The notes beneath the pieces were generated by a model that worked only from the letters and a program-made list of their open reading frames with translations, did no database searches and had not been told where the DNA came from. From positions 1,344,001-1,408,000 of the forward strand of contig CAXXTF010000002.1 in assembly GCA_963665775.2 (NCBI GenBank): a DNA stretch of 64,000 nt, given 5' to 3'. Positions within the stretch are counted from its first letter, which is position 1, and every line of letters starts with the position of its first letter. Both the position numbers and the translations under genes were made by a program. Origin of the DNA: Dehalococcoidia bacterium (GTDB lineage Bacteria > Chloroflexota > Dehalococcoidia > SM23-28-2 > RBG-16-64-32). Shown here in pieces: positions 30,932 to 40,433 of this stretch.

Positions 30932-31723
30932 TTATCCCCCCCAGAAACGGTAGAAGTGATGGACGGGGCCGTGACCCTGGCCGATAGGGTAGGAATGGCG
31001 TAGCGCCTCCGTCAGATACTCCTTCGCCCGGCCAACGGCCTCGGGCAGCGGCTCGCCCCGCGCCAGAAAGGCGGCGATAGCGGAGGCGAAGGTGCAGCCG
31101 GTGCCGTGAGTGCCGCTCGTCTGGATGCGAGAGACGGTGTACTCGCGGAAACGCCGTCCGTCGTAGAGAAGGTCCACGGCCGTATCGCCTTCCAGGTGAC
31201 CACCCTTAATCACTACGGCCCGGGCACCCAGGGCCACGATCTCCCTCGCCGCCAGGCGGCGATCAGCCTCTGACGCCACGTCGTGGTCCGTGAGGACGGA
31301 AGCCTCGGGCAGGTTCGGCGTGACGACGTCGGCCAGGGGCAAGAGGAGGTCACGCAGAGCGACCACTGCATCCCCGCGCAGGAGAGAGTCGCCGCTCTCG
31401 GCCACCATTACCGGATCGACGACCAGGTTGGGCAGAGCGTGCTCCTTCACCTTCCGGGCGACCACCTCGATGATCGGAGCGCCGGCCAGCATCCCGGTCT
31501 TTACAGCGTCCGGCCGGATGTCGCTGACGACGGCGTCGATCTGGGCCGCCACGACCTCTGGCGGCAGCTCGTGAACGGCCGTAACGCCCAGGGTGTTCTG
31601 AGCGGTGACGACAGTGATAGCGGAGGTGCCGTAGACCCCCAGGGCGGCGAAGGTCTTGAGGTCGGCCTGAATGCCGGCGCCGGCACCAGAGTCGGAGCCG
31701 GCGATGGTGAGAACAGAGGGCAT
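30932..31723 (-). CDS. thiD: HMP/HMP-P kinase
   Basis: LTIAGSDSGAGAGIQADLKT, KTGML, DPVM, TPNLPEA, KGGH, HGTGCT; start trimmed to MPSVLT. Confidence 0.96.
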   Translation of the reverse strand: MPSVLTIAGSDSGAGAGIQADLKTFAALGVYGTSAITVVTAQNTLGVTAVHELPPEVVAAQIDAVVSDIRPDAVKTGMLAGAPIIEVVARKVKEHALPNLVVDPVMVAESGDSLLRGDAVVALRDLLLPLADVVTPNLPEASVLTDHDVASEADRRLAAREIVALGARAVVIKGGHLEGDTAVDLLYDGRRFREYTVSRIQTSGTHGTGCTFASAIAAFLARGEPLPEAVGRAKEYLTEALRHSYPIGQGHGPVHHFYRFWGG

Positions 31724-31894
31724 CGCTACTCCAACGTAGGCGGGCCGGGTTTCGCGGTCAAGCCCGCCGCAGCGGAGTCGCCAGGGCCCTGTTCGCGCCG
31801 CCCATGAATGAGACTGCTGGGCTATAATAGGGCGCTGAAGGAGGCTCAATGTGATCGAGCGACGCCAATTCGCCACGGGAACCCGGAAGAGGAG

Positions 31895-33169
31895 ATGACA
31901 CAGGCGCTTGAGGGGATCCGCGTCCTTGATCTGACCATCTGGCAGCAAGGGCCGGTGGCCACGACGATGCTGGCGGACTGGGGCGCCGACGTCATCAAGA
32001 TCGAGGGGCCGGACTCGCCGGACCCGGGCCGCTCCATGGTCCGCTATGAGGTTACGCCGGGCGGCCCCAACGCCTACTTCGAGACCCACAACCGGAACAA
32101 GCGGGGCATCGTCCTCGACCTGAAGAGCGACGGCGGCCGCCAGGTGCTCTACCGGCTGGTGGAGGACGCCGACGTGGTGGTCCAGAACTTCCGGCCGGGG
32201 GTCAACGACCGTCTGGGCATCGACTACGAGACCCTCTCCCGACTGAATCCCCGGCTGATCTACTGCTCGGCCTCGGGGTTCGGGCTGAAGGGGCCGGACG
32301 CGGGGCAGCCGGCGCTGGACCCCCTGGCGCAGGCCCGTGGCGGCGTTATGAGCGTGACCGGAGAGCCGGAGGCGCCACCCACCCGGACGTTCAACGGTTT
32401 CGCCGACCAGGTGAGCGCCTTCCTCCTGGCCTACGGCATCGCGCTGGCCCTCTTTCATCGGGAGCGCACGGGCCAGGGGCAGGTAGTGGAAGGCTCCCTC
32501 CTACAGGCGACGATGGCGGCCCAGTCCTTCAACATATCTAGCTACCTCATGTGCGGCACCTATGCCGGCGCCCCCATCCCTAGAATCTCGCGAAGGCTCA
32601 CCAGCCCCCTGTTCAACCACTACAAGACATCAGATGGGAAGTGGGTCATGCTGACCATGGCCCAGGTCGGGCGCTACTGGCCGCCCTTCCGCCAGGCGAT
32701 GCAGGAGGCGACAGGCGAGGCCCTCCAGCCGGAGGAGATGACCATCGACTGGCTCGGCAGTCATTTCGGGGAGCTCATGCAGCTCATCACCAAGCTGGAC
32801 GCCCTGTTCGCCACGCGGAAGGCTGAGGAGTGGTTGGCGCTGTGCCGCCGCCACGACCTGCTCATCGAGGTGGTGCAGGACTACAAGGAGCTGGCTTCCG
32901 ACCCGCAGGTGGTGGAGAACGGCATGATCGCTACTTTGGAGCACCCGGCCTACGGGCCACTTCGCATGGTGGCGCCGGCGGTGAACCTGAGCGTCACGCC
33001 GGGGCGGCTGGAGAGGCCGGCGCCGGAGTTCGGGCAGCACACGGAGGAGGTGCTGCTGGAGACCGGCTTCACCTGGGAGGAGATTGAGGCGCTGCGGAGC
33101 GGCGGCGATATCGGCCCGCGGGCAGCCATCCCTCCTGCTGCCCAGGAGCAGAACCCTCCCTCATCATAG
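31895..33169 (+). CDS. CaiB/BaiF family CoA transferase
   Basis: LEGIRVLDLT, GADVIKIE, NRNKRG, NFRPG, APEFGQHT. Confidence 0.93.
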   Translation: MTQALEGIRVLDLTIWQQGPVATTMLADWGADVIKIEGPDSPDPGRSMVRYEVTPGGPNAYFETHNRNKRGIVLDLKSDGGRQVLYRLVEDADVVVQNFRPGVNDRLGIDYETLSRLNPRLIYCSASGFGLKGPDAGQPALDPLAQARGGVMSVTGEPEAPPTRTFNGFADQVSAFLLAYGIALALFHRERTGQGQVVEGSLLQATMAAQSFNISSYLMCGTYAGAPIPRISRRLTSPLFNHYKTSDGKWVMLTMAQVGRYWPPFRQAMQEATGEALQPEEMTIDWLGSHFGELMQLITKLDALFATRKAEEWLALCRRHDLLIEVVQDYKELASDPQVVENGMIATLEHPAYGPLRMVAPAVNLSVTPGRLERPAPEFGQHTEEVLLETGFTWEEIEALRSGGDIGPRAAIPPAAQEQNPPSS

Positions 33170-33208
33170 ACGCTTCGCTCCGAAATGGGGTGAGAGAGCG
33201 AACCGCCC

Positions 33209-33245
33209 TGTCATTAAGAGGCCGCCTTAGGCGGACGAAGAATCT
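33209..33245 (+). repeat. Degenerate REP-like element between convergent genes
   Basis: TGTCATTAAGAG-GCCGCCTTAGGCGG-ACGAAGAATCT; same TGTCATT..GAG...CGA..AATC frame as 9230-9204. Confidence 0.5.
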
Positions 33246-33321
33246 AAGCCAAGGATTGTGCCCATCACTCGGGGCCAGACGGCGGAATTAAGGGCACGCC
33301 TTCCCTCGGGAGCCTTGCTGA

Positions 33322-33888
33322 TCAGTCGCCGATCTTGGCGGTAACCATCTTTCGCAGCTTGCGCAGGGTGCGGAAGAGGATAACCCGCACGTTGACCTCA
33401 CTTAGGCCCACGACCTGAGCGATCTCGCTGTTGCTGAGACCGGCGTCGAACCTGAGGGCGACGATATCTTGCTCGCGCTGGGGGAACTCCCTAAGGCAGG
33501 CGACCACGGCGCCCACCTCATCGCGGACAATGATGTCGTTCTCCAAGGAGGCTCTGACGGGGGCGATGGCGTGCAGGAGGACAGGGTCGACAACGATCTC
33601 GCGGCCGCTCTTGCGCCTGTGACTTGTGACGACGTTGCGGGCGATGGTGAACAGCCAGGTGGAGAAGGCCTCCTCCTTGCGAAGGGTAGAGGCCTTTGCG
33701 AAGGCCCGCTCGAAGACATCGGCGACGAGGTCCTCGGCCAGGTGGACGTTCTCGACGCGGCCGTAAACGTAGGCGAACACGCGAGGGAAGAACTCCTTGT
33801 ACGTCTCGGCGAACCGGTCCGGGCGACGGGCTACAGTCGCCCTGCCATCGGGCTTAGAAGAATCGAACAGCTTGGGAAGAGAAGGCAT
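33322..33888 (-). CDS. ECF sigma factor
   Basis: AEDLVADVF, FSTWLFTIARN, LSNSEIAQVVGLSEVNVRVILFR. Confidence 0.92.
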   Translation of the reverse strand: MPSLPKLFDSSKPDGRATVARRPDRFAETYKEFFPRVFAYVYGRVENVHLAEDLVADVFERAFAKASTLRKEEAFSTWLFTIARNVVTSHRRKSGREIVVDPVLLHAIAPVRASLENDIIVRDEVGAVVACLREFPQREQDIVALRFDAGLSNSEIAQVVGLSEVNVRVILFRTLRKLRKMVTAKIGD

Positions 33889-34053
33889 CTTCTTGGGAGT
33901 CTGGAAGAACGCTGGCGTGAGATCTAGTGGGGACTAGACGACGGCCAGCGGCACATGACGAACGATTTCTAACGCATTATCCTCTGCTTCTACAGTTGAT
34001 TGCTTTAACTATAGAGAGGAATTGTTCAGGCTGTCAATCCTTTGCATGACAAT

Positions 34054-34079
34054 AACACGATGAATAAACACGATGAATA
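34054..34079. repeat. 13-bp tandem direct repeat in AT-rich divergent promoter region
   Basis: AACACGATGAATA x2. Confidence 0.7.
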
Positions 34080-34127
34080 ATTCGTATAAAGAGGACGATC
34101 TAGGAAGGCCAATGCTATACTGGTTCG

Positions 34128-34973
34128 GTGACAACGGCAGACCCGCACAGCAGAAGAGACGTGAACGGGCACCGACCCTTGACCGTAGAGCTGCCGTGGA
34201 CGGCGCCGCGCATCGCCGTCCTTGAGATCACCGGCACTATAGGGACGACCGTGCGCGGACCGGAGATGGTGCGCACGATCAACGCGCTGGCCAACGACGC
34301 CCGCGTCCGGGCCGTGGTGGTGGAGGTGGACTCGCCTGGGGGCTCGGCCCCGGTGTCCGACGCCATCCACCGCTCGCTGCGCAAGCTATCTGCCCGCAAG
34401 CCCACCCTCGCCTACGTGCTGGGCTCCAGCCTCTCCGGCGGCTACCTTATCGCCTGCGGGGCGTCGCGGATCATCGCCCTGCCCACCTCGCTTGTGGGGT
34501 CCATAGGCGTGATCTTCCTGAGGCCGGTGGTGCAGGAGCTGATGGAGCGTTTGGGCGTGCGGATGGAGATGACCCACAAGGGTAGGCTGAAGGGAATGTT
34601 CCAGCCCTGGCGAGAGCCGACACCCGAAGAGCAGGAGAAGGTAGAGGCCCTGACGGAGGAGTACTACCAGTGGTTCGTCGATGCCGTGGCCACGGCGCGA
34701 GGGCTGGAACCGGAGGTCGTACAAGGGTACGCCACCGGTGAAGTGTTCCCCGCCCTGCGAGCCAAGGAGATGGGGCTCGTCGATGAGCTGGGAGACCTGG
34801 ACCTGGCGCTGGACATGGCCTGCGAGCTGGGTCGGGTGCCACGGCGGCTGCAATACGTTCGGCCGCGACGCCCGCTGCTGGAACGGCTGCTGTCGCGGGG
34901 CGGCGCCTCGATGGCGCAAGAGTTTCTGGCAGAGGCGGAAAGCTGGCTCCGCCCCAGAGTAGAGTTTCGATAA
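34128..34973 (+). CDS. sppA: Signal peptide peptidase SppA (S49), short form
   Basis: VDSPGGS, KP, LSGGYLIA, VGSIGV, GLVDELG. Confidence 0.88.
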   Translation: MTTADPHSRRDVNGHRPLTVELPWTAPRIAVLEITGTIGTTVRGPEMVRTINALANDARVRAVVVEVDSPGGSAPVSDAIHRSLRKLSARKPTLAYVLGSSLSGGYLIACGASRIIALPTSLVGSIGVIFLRPVVQELMERLGVRMEMTHKGRLKGMFQPWREPTPEEQEKVEALTEEYYQWFVDAVATARGLEPEVVQGYATGEVFPALRAKEMGLVDELGDLDLALDMACELGRVPRRLQYVRPRRPLLERLLSRGGASMAQEFLAEAESWLRPRVEFR

Positions 34974-35019
34974 GCCCCGGAGAGCGAGGAGCGCTCTAGA
35001 TTCCACGAGGTCAGCCCGA

Positions 35020-35048
35020 TTGACTTCACGAGCGGCTGAGATTAATGT
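35020..35048 (+). promoter_or_regulatory. Sigma70-type promoter
   Basis: TTGACT-17 nt-TAATGT. Confidence 0.5.
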
Positions 35049-35108
35049 GATGGAACCAGCTCTTCAGTGCCCTATCGCACTGGTAACGATCACCCGAGGA
35101 GGCGCCTA

Positions 35109-35708
35109 ATGGTGGACTCTGCCGCACGTGTGCCGCTCTTAAAGCGGGAAGAGGTCCCGGCCGAAGCTCAGGCCGCCTACGACCACGTCGCCGAGACGCG
35201 AGGCGGCGGGCAGCTGGGGAACGTCTTCAAGGCGCTGGCCAATAGCCCAGGAGCCTTAGAGAATGTGGCAGCGGTAGGCGAGTTCGTCCGCGGTGGAGTG
35301 GTTCAGGGAGAACGGTTTGGGTCAAGCTTGAGGCGCGGGCTTCAGGAGCTGGTGATCCTTACCGTAGCCCACGAAGTCCGTAACGTGTACGAGTGGACGG
35401 GCCACTGGCGCACCGTGGACGGCTTCGCGGAGCGGCTCCACCTCTCCCCGGAAGTCCTGCAGATGATCGGTAAGCCTGAGCTGGAGCAGCAGCCGGCCCC
35501 GGTTGGCGCCAGCGTCCGCTTCGCCCGCCTGGTGGCCCGCGGCCAGGAGGTCGACGAAGCCACCATCACCTCCCTCAAAGAGACGCTGGGCGATGCTGGA
35601 CTGGTCGACCTCACCGTCAATGTCACCTACTACCTGCTGCTGTCCCGACTAATCGACGTCCTCAAGGTACCGCTAGACGGCAGCGTGGAACCGCGGCCGT
35701 TCGAATGA
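35109..35708 (+). CDS. Carboxymuconolactone decarboxylase / AhpD-like protein
   Basis: NVFKALANSP, ELVILTVA...YEWTGH, LVDLT; RBS GAGGAGG. Confidence 0.8.
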   Translation: MVDSAARVPLLKREEVPAEAQAAYDHVAETRGGGQLGNVFKALANSPGALENVAAVGEFVRGGVVQGERFGSSLRRGLQELVILTVAHEVRNVYEWTGHWRTVDGFAERLHLSPEVLQMIGKPELEQQPAPVGASVRFARLVARGQEVDEATITSLKETLGDAGLVDLTVNVTYYLLLSRLIDVLKVPLDGSVEPRPFE

Positions 35709-35756
35709 TCACGCCCGCCACGTTACGATCTGTATTTGCAATGGAGGTTATCTATC

Positions 35757-36659
35757 ATGGCCACGTCTAAGGCCTTCGGTCTCTCTATGCCTGATGCTGC
35801 CCGGGCCATGGGGATAAAGTTCAGCGAGGACGCCCAACCCGAGGATAAGTTCCTGACCATCAACGACCTTCGCTTCCACTACCTTGACTGGGGCAAGGAG
35901 GGGAACCCGCCCCTAGTCCTCCTCCACGGGGGCGGGCAATCGTGCCACATGTGGGATTTCTTCTCCCTGGTGTTCAGAGACCAGTACCACATCTACGCGC
36001 TCGACCAGCGGAACCACGGCGATACTGACACTTCCGAGGATAATACCCTCGAGGTGAATATGGCCGACATCGGCGGCTTTCTGGACCATGTGGGCCTGGA
36101 GCGAGCCTACCTCATCGGCTTCTCCATGGGCGGCCGAAACTCCTTCTGCTACGCAGCCCTTAACCCCGATAGGGTTGAGGCCCTGATGGTCGTCGACGTA
36201 GGGCCTGATATGAAGTCGAGACCCGAGGGGGGGGACGGCATCCGCGATCCCAACCGGATTCAGACCTTCGCCTCGCTGGAAGAGATCGCGGGGCGCATTC
36301 GCAAGCACACGCCCCACCGCTCGCTGGAGCAGATCAAGGGCAGCCTCCAGCACACGGTCTACCAGAGGCCAGACGGCAGGTGGGGCTGGAAGAACCAGCG
36401 CGGCGGCGGGAGCCCCATCGCGGGCAACTGGGACAGCGAACTCATGTGGAAGTATATCGGCCAGGTTCAGTGCCCCACCCTCGTGGTTCGCGCCACTCGC
36501 AGCGAGGTCTTCCCCAGCGAAACAGCCGATAAGATGATCGACATCATGCCCAACGCTGTTCAGGCCGTCGTCGGCCGGTCAGGACACAGGGTGGCTGGCG
36601 ACAATCCCATCCAGTTCGAGCAGGTTATCCGCAGCTTTCTCGATAACCTGAGGAGATAA
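35757..36659 (+). CDS. Alpha/beta hydrolase
   Basis: LHGG, DQRNHG, GFSMGG, SGHRV. Confidence 0.9.
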   Translation: MATSKAFGLSMPDAARAMGIKFSEDAQPEDKFLTINDLRFHYLDWGKEGNPPLVLLHGGGQSCHMWDFFSLVFRDQYHIYALDQRNHGDTDTSEDNTLEVNMADIGGFLDHVGLERAYLIGFSMGGRNSFCYAALNPDRVEALMVVDVGPDMKSRPEGGDGIRDPNRIQTFASLEEIAGRIRKHTPHRSLEQIKGSLQHTVYQRPDGRWGWKNQRGGGSPIAGNWDSELMWKYIGQVQCPTLVVRATRSEVFPSETADKMIDIMPNAVQAVVGRSGHRVAGDNPIQFEQVIRSFLDNLRR

Positions 36660-36671
36660 GCTCAGACCGGC

Positions 36672-37100
36672 TCAGCGGAAAACAGTCTCGATCCTGGCCG
36701 AGGCGTCGAAGAAGTACTGGAAGCTCTGGTTACATCGGAAGAAGAGAGCACGCCCCTCGTCGTGATGGGCGCGGGCTAGCCTTTCGGGCTCCTCCAGGTC
36801 GATAGTGCTGAGGGTATGGTGAAGGTCCGCCTTATCGTTCGCCCGGATGTTCCGCAGCATCCCCTGCCAGCGCCCGTACGCTGCCTCCAGCCAGAAGTCT
36901 GTCTCCTCGACCTCGCTCTCACTCACCTCCGCAACCTCAGCCACCCCGAAGGACTCGAATGATAGGCGGTAGCACAGCCCGAGATCCGGGATCTTGACAC
37001 CGACCCGAGCCTCGCAGGCGCCGATGCGGCGATAGGCCTCGTCCCGGTTAACGATATCGCTGACGGCCTCAAACCACTCCAGTGCAGGGAAGGTAGGCAC
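36672..37100 (-). CDS. Hypothetical protein (possibly SCP2-like fold)
   Basis: FPALEWF N-terminus; abuts rhomboid gene. Confidence 0.65.
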   Translation of the reverse strand: MPTFPALEWFEAVSDIVNRDEAYRRIGACEARVGVKIPDLGLCYRLSFESFGVAEVAEVSESEVEETDFWLEAAYGRWQGMLRNIRANDKADLHHTLSTIDLEEPERLARAHHDEGRALFFRCNQSFQYFFDASARIETVFR

Positions 37101-37103
37101 GGC

Positions 37104-37829
37104 TCACCACATACGGAAGCCCCGTCTACGGACGGGCCTGGAGAGAGAACGGCGGGGTATGAAGGGCCGGAGCAGGAGGACGATGAGAAATCCGGCAGCG
37201 AAGCCGCCGACGTGGGCCCAGAAGGCGACACCGCCGGAGACGCCGGTGGCGTCACCGCCCAGGGAGGCCACGCCACTAAGCAGCTGTAGCAGGAACCAGA
37301 AGCCGATGAGGATCACGGCGGGCACCGGAAAGGGGCCGAAGAACCAGAGCCAGGGGATGAGCACTCCCACCATAGCCCTGGGATAGAGCACGAGATAGGC
37401 CCCGAGGACGCCGGCGATGGCGCCGCTCGCGCCCACCATCGGAACCGTGCCATCCGGATCGAGGGCCACCTGGAGGGCAACAGCACCCACGGCGGCTACC
37501 AAATAGAAGAGAAGGTAGCGGATGTGGCCCAGGGCGTCCTCCACGTTATCGCCGAACACCCAGAGGAAGAGCATGTTGCCGATGAGATGCAGCCAGCCGC
37601 CGTGGATGAAGGCGGCCGTGAGCACAGTCAGCGGCTCCTCCAGTCCGGCGGGACTCTCCACCCAATCGATAAGCCGGACCGGGACGACGCCGTGCTCCAA
37701 AAAGAGGCGGTTGATCTCGCCCGCAGACAGGGAGATCTCGTAGATGAAGAACAGGAGGTTGGCGAGGATGATCCCGACGGTGACATATGGGAACGTGCGG
37801 CTGCGAATGCTATCGCCGATGGGGATCAT
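37104..37829 (-). CDS. Rhomboid intramembrane serine protease
   Basis: FIHGGWLHLIGNM, GASGA, AFWAHVGG. Confidence 0.94.
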   Translation of the reverse strand: MIPIGDSIRSRTFPYVTVGIILANLLFFIYEISLSAGEINRLFLEHGVVPVRLIDWVESPAGLEEPLTVLTAAFIHGGWLHLIGNMLFLWVFGDNVEDALGHIRYLLFYLVAAVGAVALQVALDPDGTVPMVGASGAIAGVLGAYLVLYPRAMVGVLIPWLWFFGPFPVPAVILIGFWFLLQLLSGVASLGGDATGVSGGVAFWAHVGGFAAGFLIVLLLRPFIPRRSLSRPVRRRGFRMW

Positions 37830-37885
37830 ACGGTGTCAGCTTAGCGCATCGAAAGCGAGCGAGTCATCCGGCGGCCGCCGGATGA

Positions 37886-38461
37886 CTATCCCTGGCGCCA
37901 CGGCGTCTCGGCCTTGCCGGCGGCCTTGTTCACATAGCGGGACAGCACGAACAGGAGATCGGACAGGCGGTTGACATACTTGAGGATGGCCGGATTAACC
38001 GGCTCCTCGCTGGCCAGGCTCACGATGGCGCGCTCGGCGCGGCGGCAGACGGTACGCGCCAGATGGAGCAGCGCCCCCACCTGTGTCCCAGAGGGGAGGA
38101 TGAACGTGCTCAGGGGCGGCACTTTGGCGTCGTACTCATCGATGAGACGCTCGAGGGCGGCGATCCTGGCCTCGGGCTCCCGGAAGAGACGGCCGACCTC
38201 CGCCGCCCGCTTGGGGCTAGTCTCGGAACTCAGCTCGGAACCGATGTTGAACAGCTCGTTCTGGATGCCCTGCAGAACCGCTGTTAGGCGCCGCTGCCTC
38301 AGGAAGGAAACAGTCACGCCCAGGGTGGCGTTCAACTCGTCCACGCAGCCGTAGGCCTCGACGCGGGGGTGGTCCTTGGGCACACGGCCGCCGCCGAAGA
38401 GGGCGGTCTGGCCGGTGTCGCCGCTCTTGGTGTAGAGCCTGGACCGAGGCGGCTGCTTCAT
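37886..38461 (-). CDS. PduO-type cob(I)alamin adenosyltransferase
   Basis: YTKSGDTGQT, YGCVDELN, FILP, ARTVCRRAER, NRLSD. Confidence 0.94.
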   Translation of the reverse strand: MKQPPRSRLYTKSGDTGQTALFGGGRVPKDHPRVEAYGCVDELNATLGVTVSFLRQRRLTAVLQGIQNELFNIGSELSSETSPKRAAEVGRLFREPEARIAALERLIDEYDAKVPPLSTFILPSGTQVGALLHLARTVCRRAERAIVSLASEEPVNPAILKYVNRLSDLLFVLSRYVNKAAGKAETPWRQG

Positions 38462-38473
38462 GCCGCGATAAGT

Positions 38474-39331
38474 CTACCCCTCGTGGGGCTGCGGCGCCAC
38501 CACCGGCCGGCCGGTCTGCGGGTGGGGAAACACCTGCACCCGGGTCTCGTACACCCGCTCCAGGGTTTCCACGCGTAGAACCTCCTCCGGCATTCCCTGG
38601 GCCACCACCGTCCCCCGGTCCAGCATGACCAGCCGATGGCAATACTGGGCGGCCAGGGTGAGATCGTGGACGGCGGCCAGCACCGCCTTCCCATCGCCGC
38701 GACAGAACGCCCGCATCAGCTCCAGGACGGCCGCCTGATGACCGATATCCAGGTGGGCCGTGGGCTCGTCCAGGAGGAGTAGCTGCGCCTCCTGAGCCAG
38801 GGCCCGGGCCACCACCACCCGCTGTCGCTCGCCGCCGGACAGTTCGCCGATGCGGCGGTCGGCCAGGGCCCAGCTATCAGTGGCGACCATGGCGCGGCGG
38901 ACAACCTCCAGGTCCGCCGGGCCCTCCGCCTGGAGGAGGCGCAGGTGAGGCGTGCGACCCATGAGGACGGCCTCCAGGGCGGTGAACGCCTCCGGAAGCT
39001 GGGGGTTCTGGGGCACGACGGCGACCAGACGGGCCAGCTCTCGCTGGGGGAGCCCGGCCGTGTCCCAGCCGGCGATGCGAACCTCGCCGGCCAGCGCTGG
39101 CACCAGGGTGGTCACGGCGCGAAACAGGGTAGTCTTGCCGGAGCCGTTGGGTCCCACGAGCCCCAGCAGCTCCCCGGGCGCTAACTCCAGGCTGACGTCC
39201 CGCAGCGCCACTCTCGGACCGCGGGGTCCTGCCGGGTAGGCCACGGTGAGACCTCGAACCTGGAGGAGGGGGGCACCCTCTTCGTGGCCGGGGACGCCTC
39301 CCGATCTGCGGGCGAGAGGGAACGGCTTCAT
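38474..39331 (-). CDS. Cobalamin ABC transporter ATPase (BtuD-like)
   Basis: GPNGSGKT, LSGGERQR, LLLDEPT, VHDL. Confidence 0.9.
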   Translation of the reverse strand: MKPFPLARRSGGVPGHEEGAPLLQVRGLTVAYPAGPRGPRVALRDVSLELAPGELLGLVGPNGSGKTTLFRAVTTLVPALAGEVRIAGWDTAGLPQRELARLVAVVPQNPQLPEAFTALEAVLMGRTPHLRLLQAEGPADLEVVRRAMVATDSWALADRRIGELSGGERQRVVVARALAQEAQLLLLDEPTAHLDIGHQAAVLELMRAFCRGDGKAVLAAVHDLTLAAQYCHRLVMLDRGTVVAQGMPEEVLRVETLERVYETRVQVFPHPQTGRPVVAPQPHEG

Positions 39332-39332
39332 C

Positions 39333-40433
39333 TCAGTAGGCGGCTCCTCGCGCGCGGCGCAATAGGTAGAGGAAGAAGGGGACGCCGCAGAAGGCGGTGA
39401 TGATCCCCACCGGTATCTCAGAGGGCTGATCGATGGTGCGGGCCAGCAGGTCGGCCAGAATAAGGAAGGCGGCCCCCAGGACGATCGACATAGGCAGGAG
39501 CGTTCGGTGGTCAGGCCCCCAGAGCATGCGCACGGCGTGAGGCACGATCAACCCCACGAAGCCGATGGTGCCGCTGACGGAGACGGCGGCGGCCGTGGCC
39601 AGGGAGGCCGCGCCCAGAAGGAGAAGTTTCGTTCGCTCTACGTCCACGCCCAGGTGCCGCGCCTGCTCCTCGTCCAGGCTGAGGACGTTGAGGATACGAC
39701 CGTGGGCCAGGATGAGGACGGCGGCAGGAATGGCGTACGGGACCACCCAGATCAGCTTGGGCCAGGCGGCGGTGTTGAAGCCACCCAGAACCACAGAGAA
39801 AATCGTGAACATGTGCGTCGTGCTGCGCAGCATCAGGAAGGAGGTGACGGCCGTCGAGAGCGACGCCACGGCGACCCCGGCCAGAATCAGGGTGGTGGCG
39901 GGCACGGTGTTGCCCACACGGGCGACGCCGTACACGACGACAACCGAGACCATGGCGCCGGCGAAGGCGGCCAGGGGCAGGAGGCTGAGGCCGTGCCAGG
40001 AGACGGACAGGGAGGAGACGACAACGATGGTGGAGCCCAGGGCCGCCCCCGTGGCCACGCCTATGAGGTAGGGCTCTGCCAATGGGTTGCGGAAGACGCC
40101 CTGGTAAGTCGCGCCCGCCATGGCCAGGGTAGCCCCCACCAGACCGGCCAGCAGCACCCGGGGCACCCGTACCTCCCAGATGATGTCGCGCCAGGTGGTG
40201 GACAGACCGTCGGCCAGCTCCAGACCGGGTAGGCGGGAGAGAACGATGCGCGCAGTGGCATCGAGCGGAATGCTGGCCGGGCCCACGGCCAGCGCCACCA
40301 GGGCCACGATCAGGAGCAGAGCCAGCCCCAAGGCGAGGCGGGGCCACAGCGAACGCCGTAGGCCCGCCAGGGACAGCTCCCCGCTTGCCGGTGCCGCCAT
40401 GCCTGCCGCCACACCCCGCCGCAGGATGTTCAT
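39333..40433 (-). CDS. Cobalamin ABC transporter permease (BtuC/FecCD)
   Basis: RVPR, FRNPLAEP, IGFVGLIVPH, EIPVG. Confidence 0.92.
   Translation of the reverse strand: MNILRRGVAAGMAAPASGELSLAGLRRSLWPRLALGLALLLIVALVALAVGPASIPLDATARIVLSRLPGLELADGLSTTWRDIIWEVRVPRVLLAGLVGATLAMAGATYQGVFRNPLAEPYLIGVATGAALGSTIVVVSSLSVSWHGLSLLPLAAFAGAMVSVVVVYGVARVGNTVPATTLILAGVAVASLSTAVTSFLMLRSTTHMFTIFSVVLGGFNTAAWPKLIWVVPYAIPAAVLILAHGRILNVLSLDEEQARHLGVDVERTKLLLLGAASLATAAAVSVSGTIGFVGLIVPHAVRMLWGPDHRTLLPMSIVLGAAFLILADLLARTIDQPSEIPVGIITAFCGVPFFLYLLRRARGAAY

Noticed and set aside
31724-32458. 508-aa ThiD fusion
   Set aside because: Extension is the antisense shadow of the CoA transferase.
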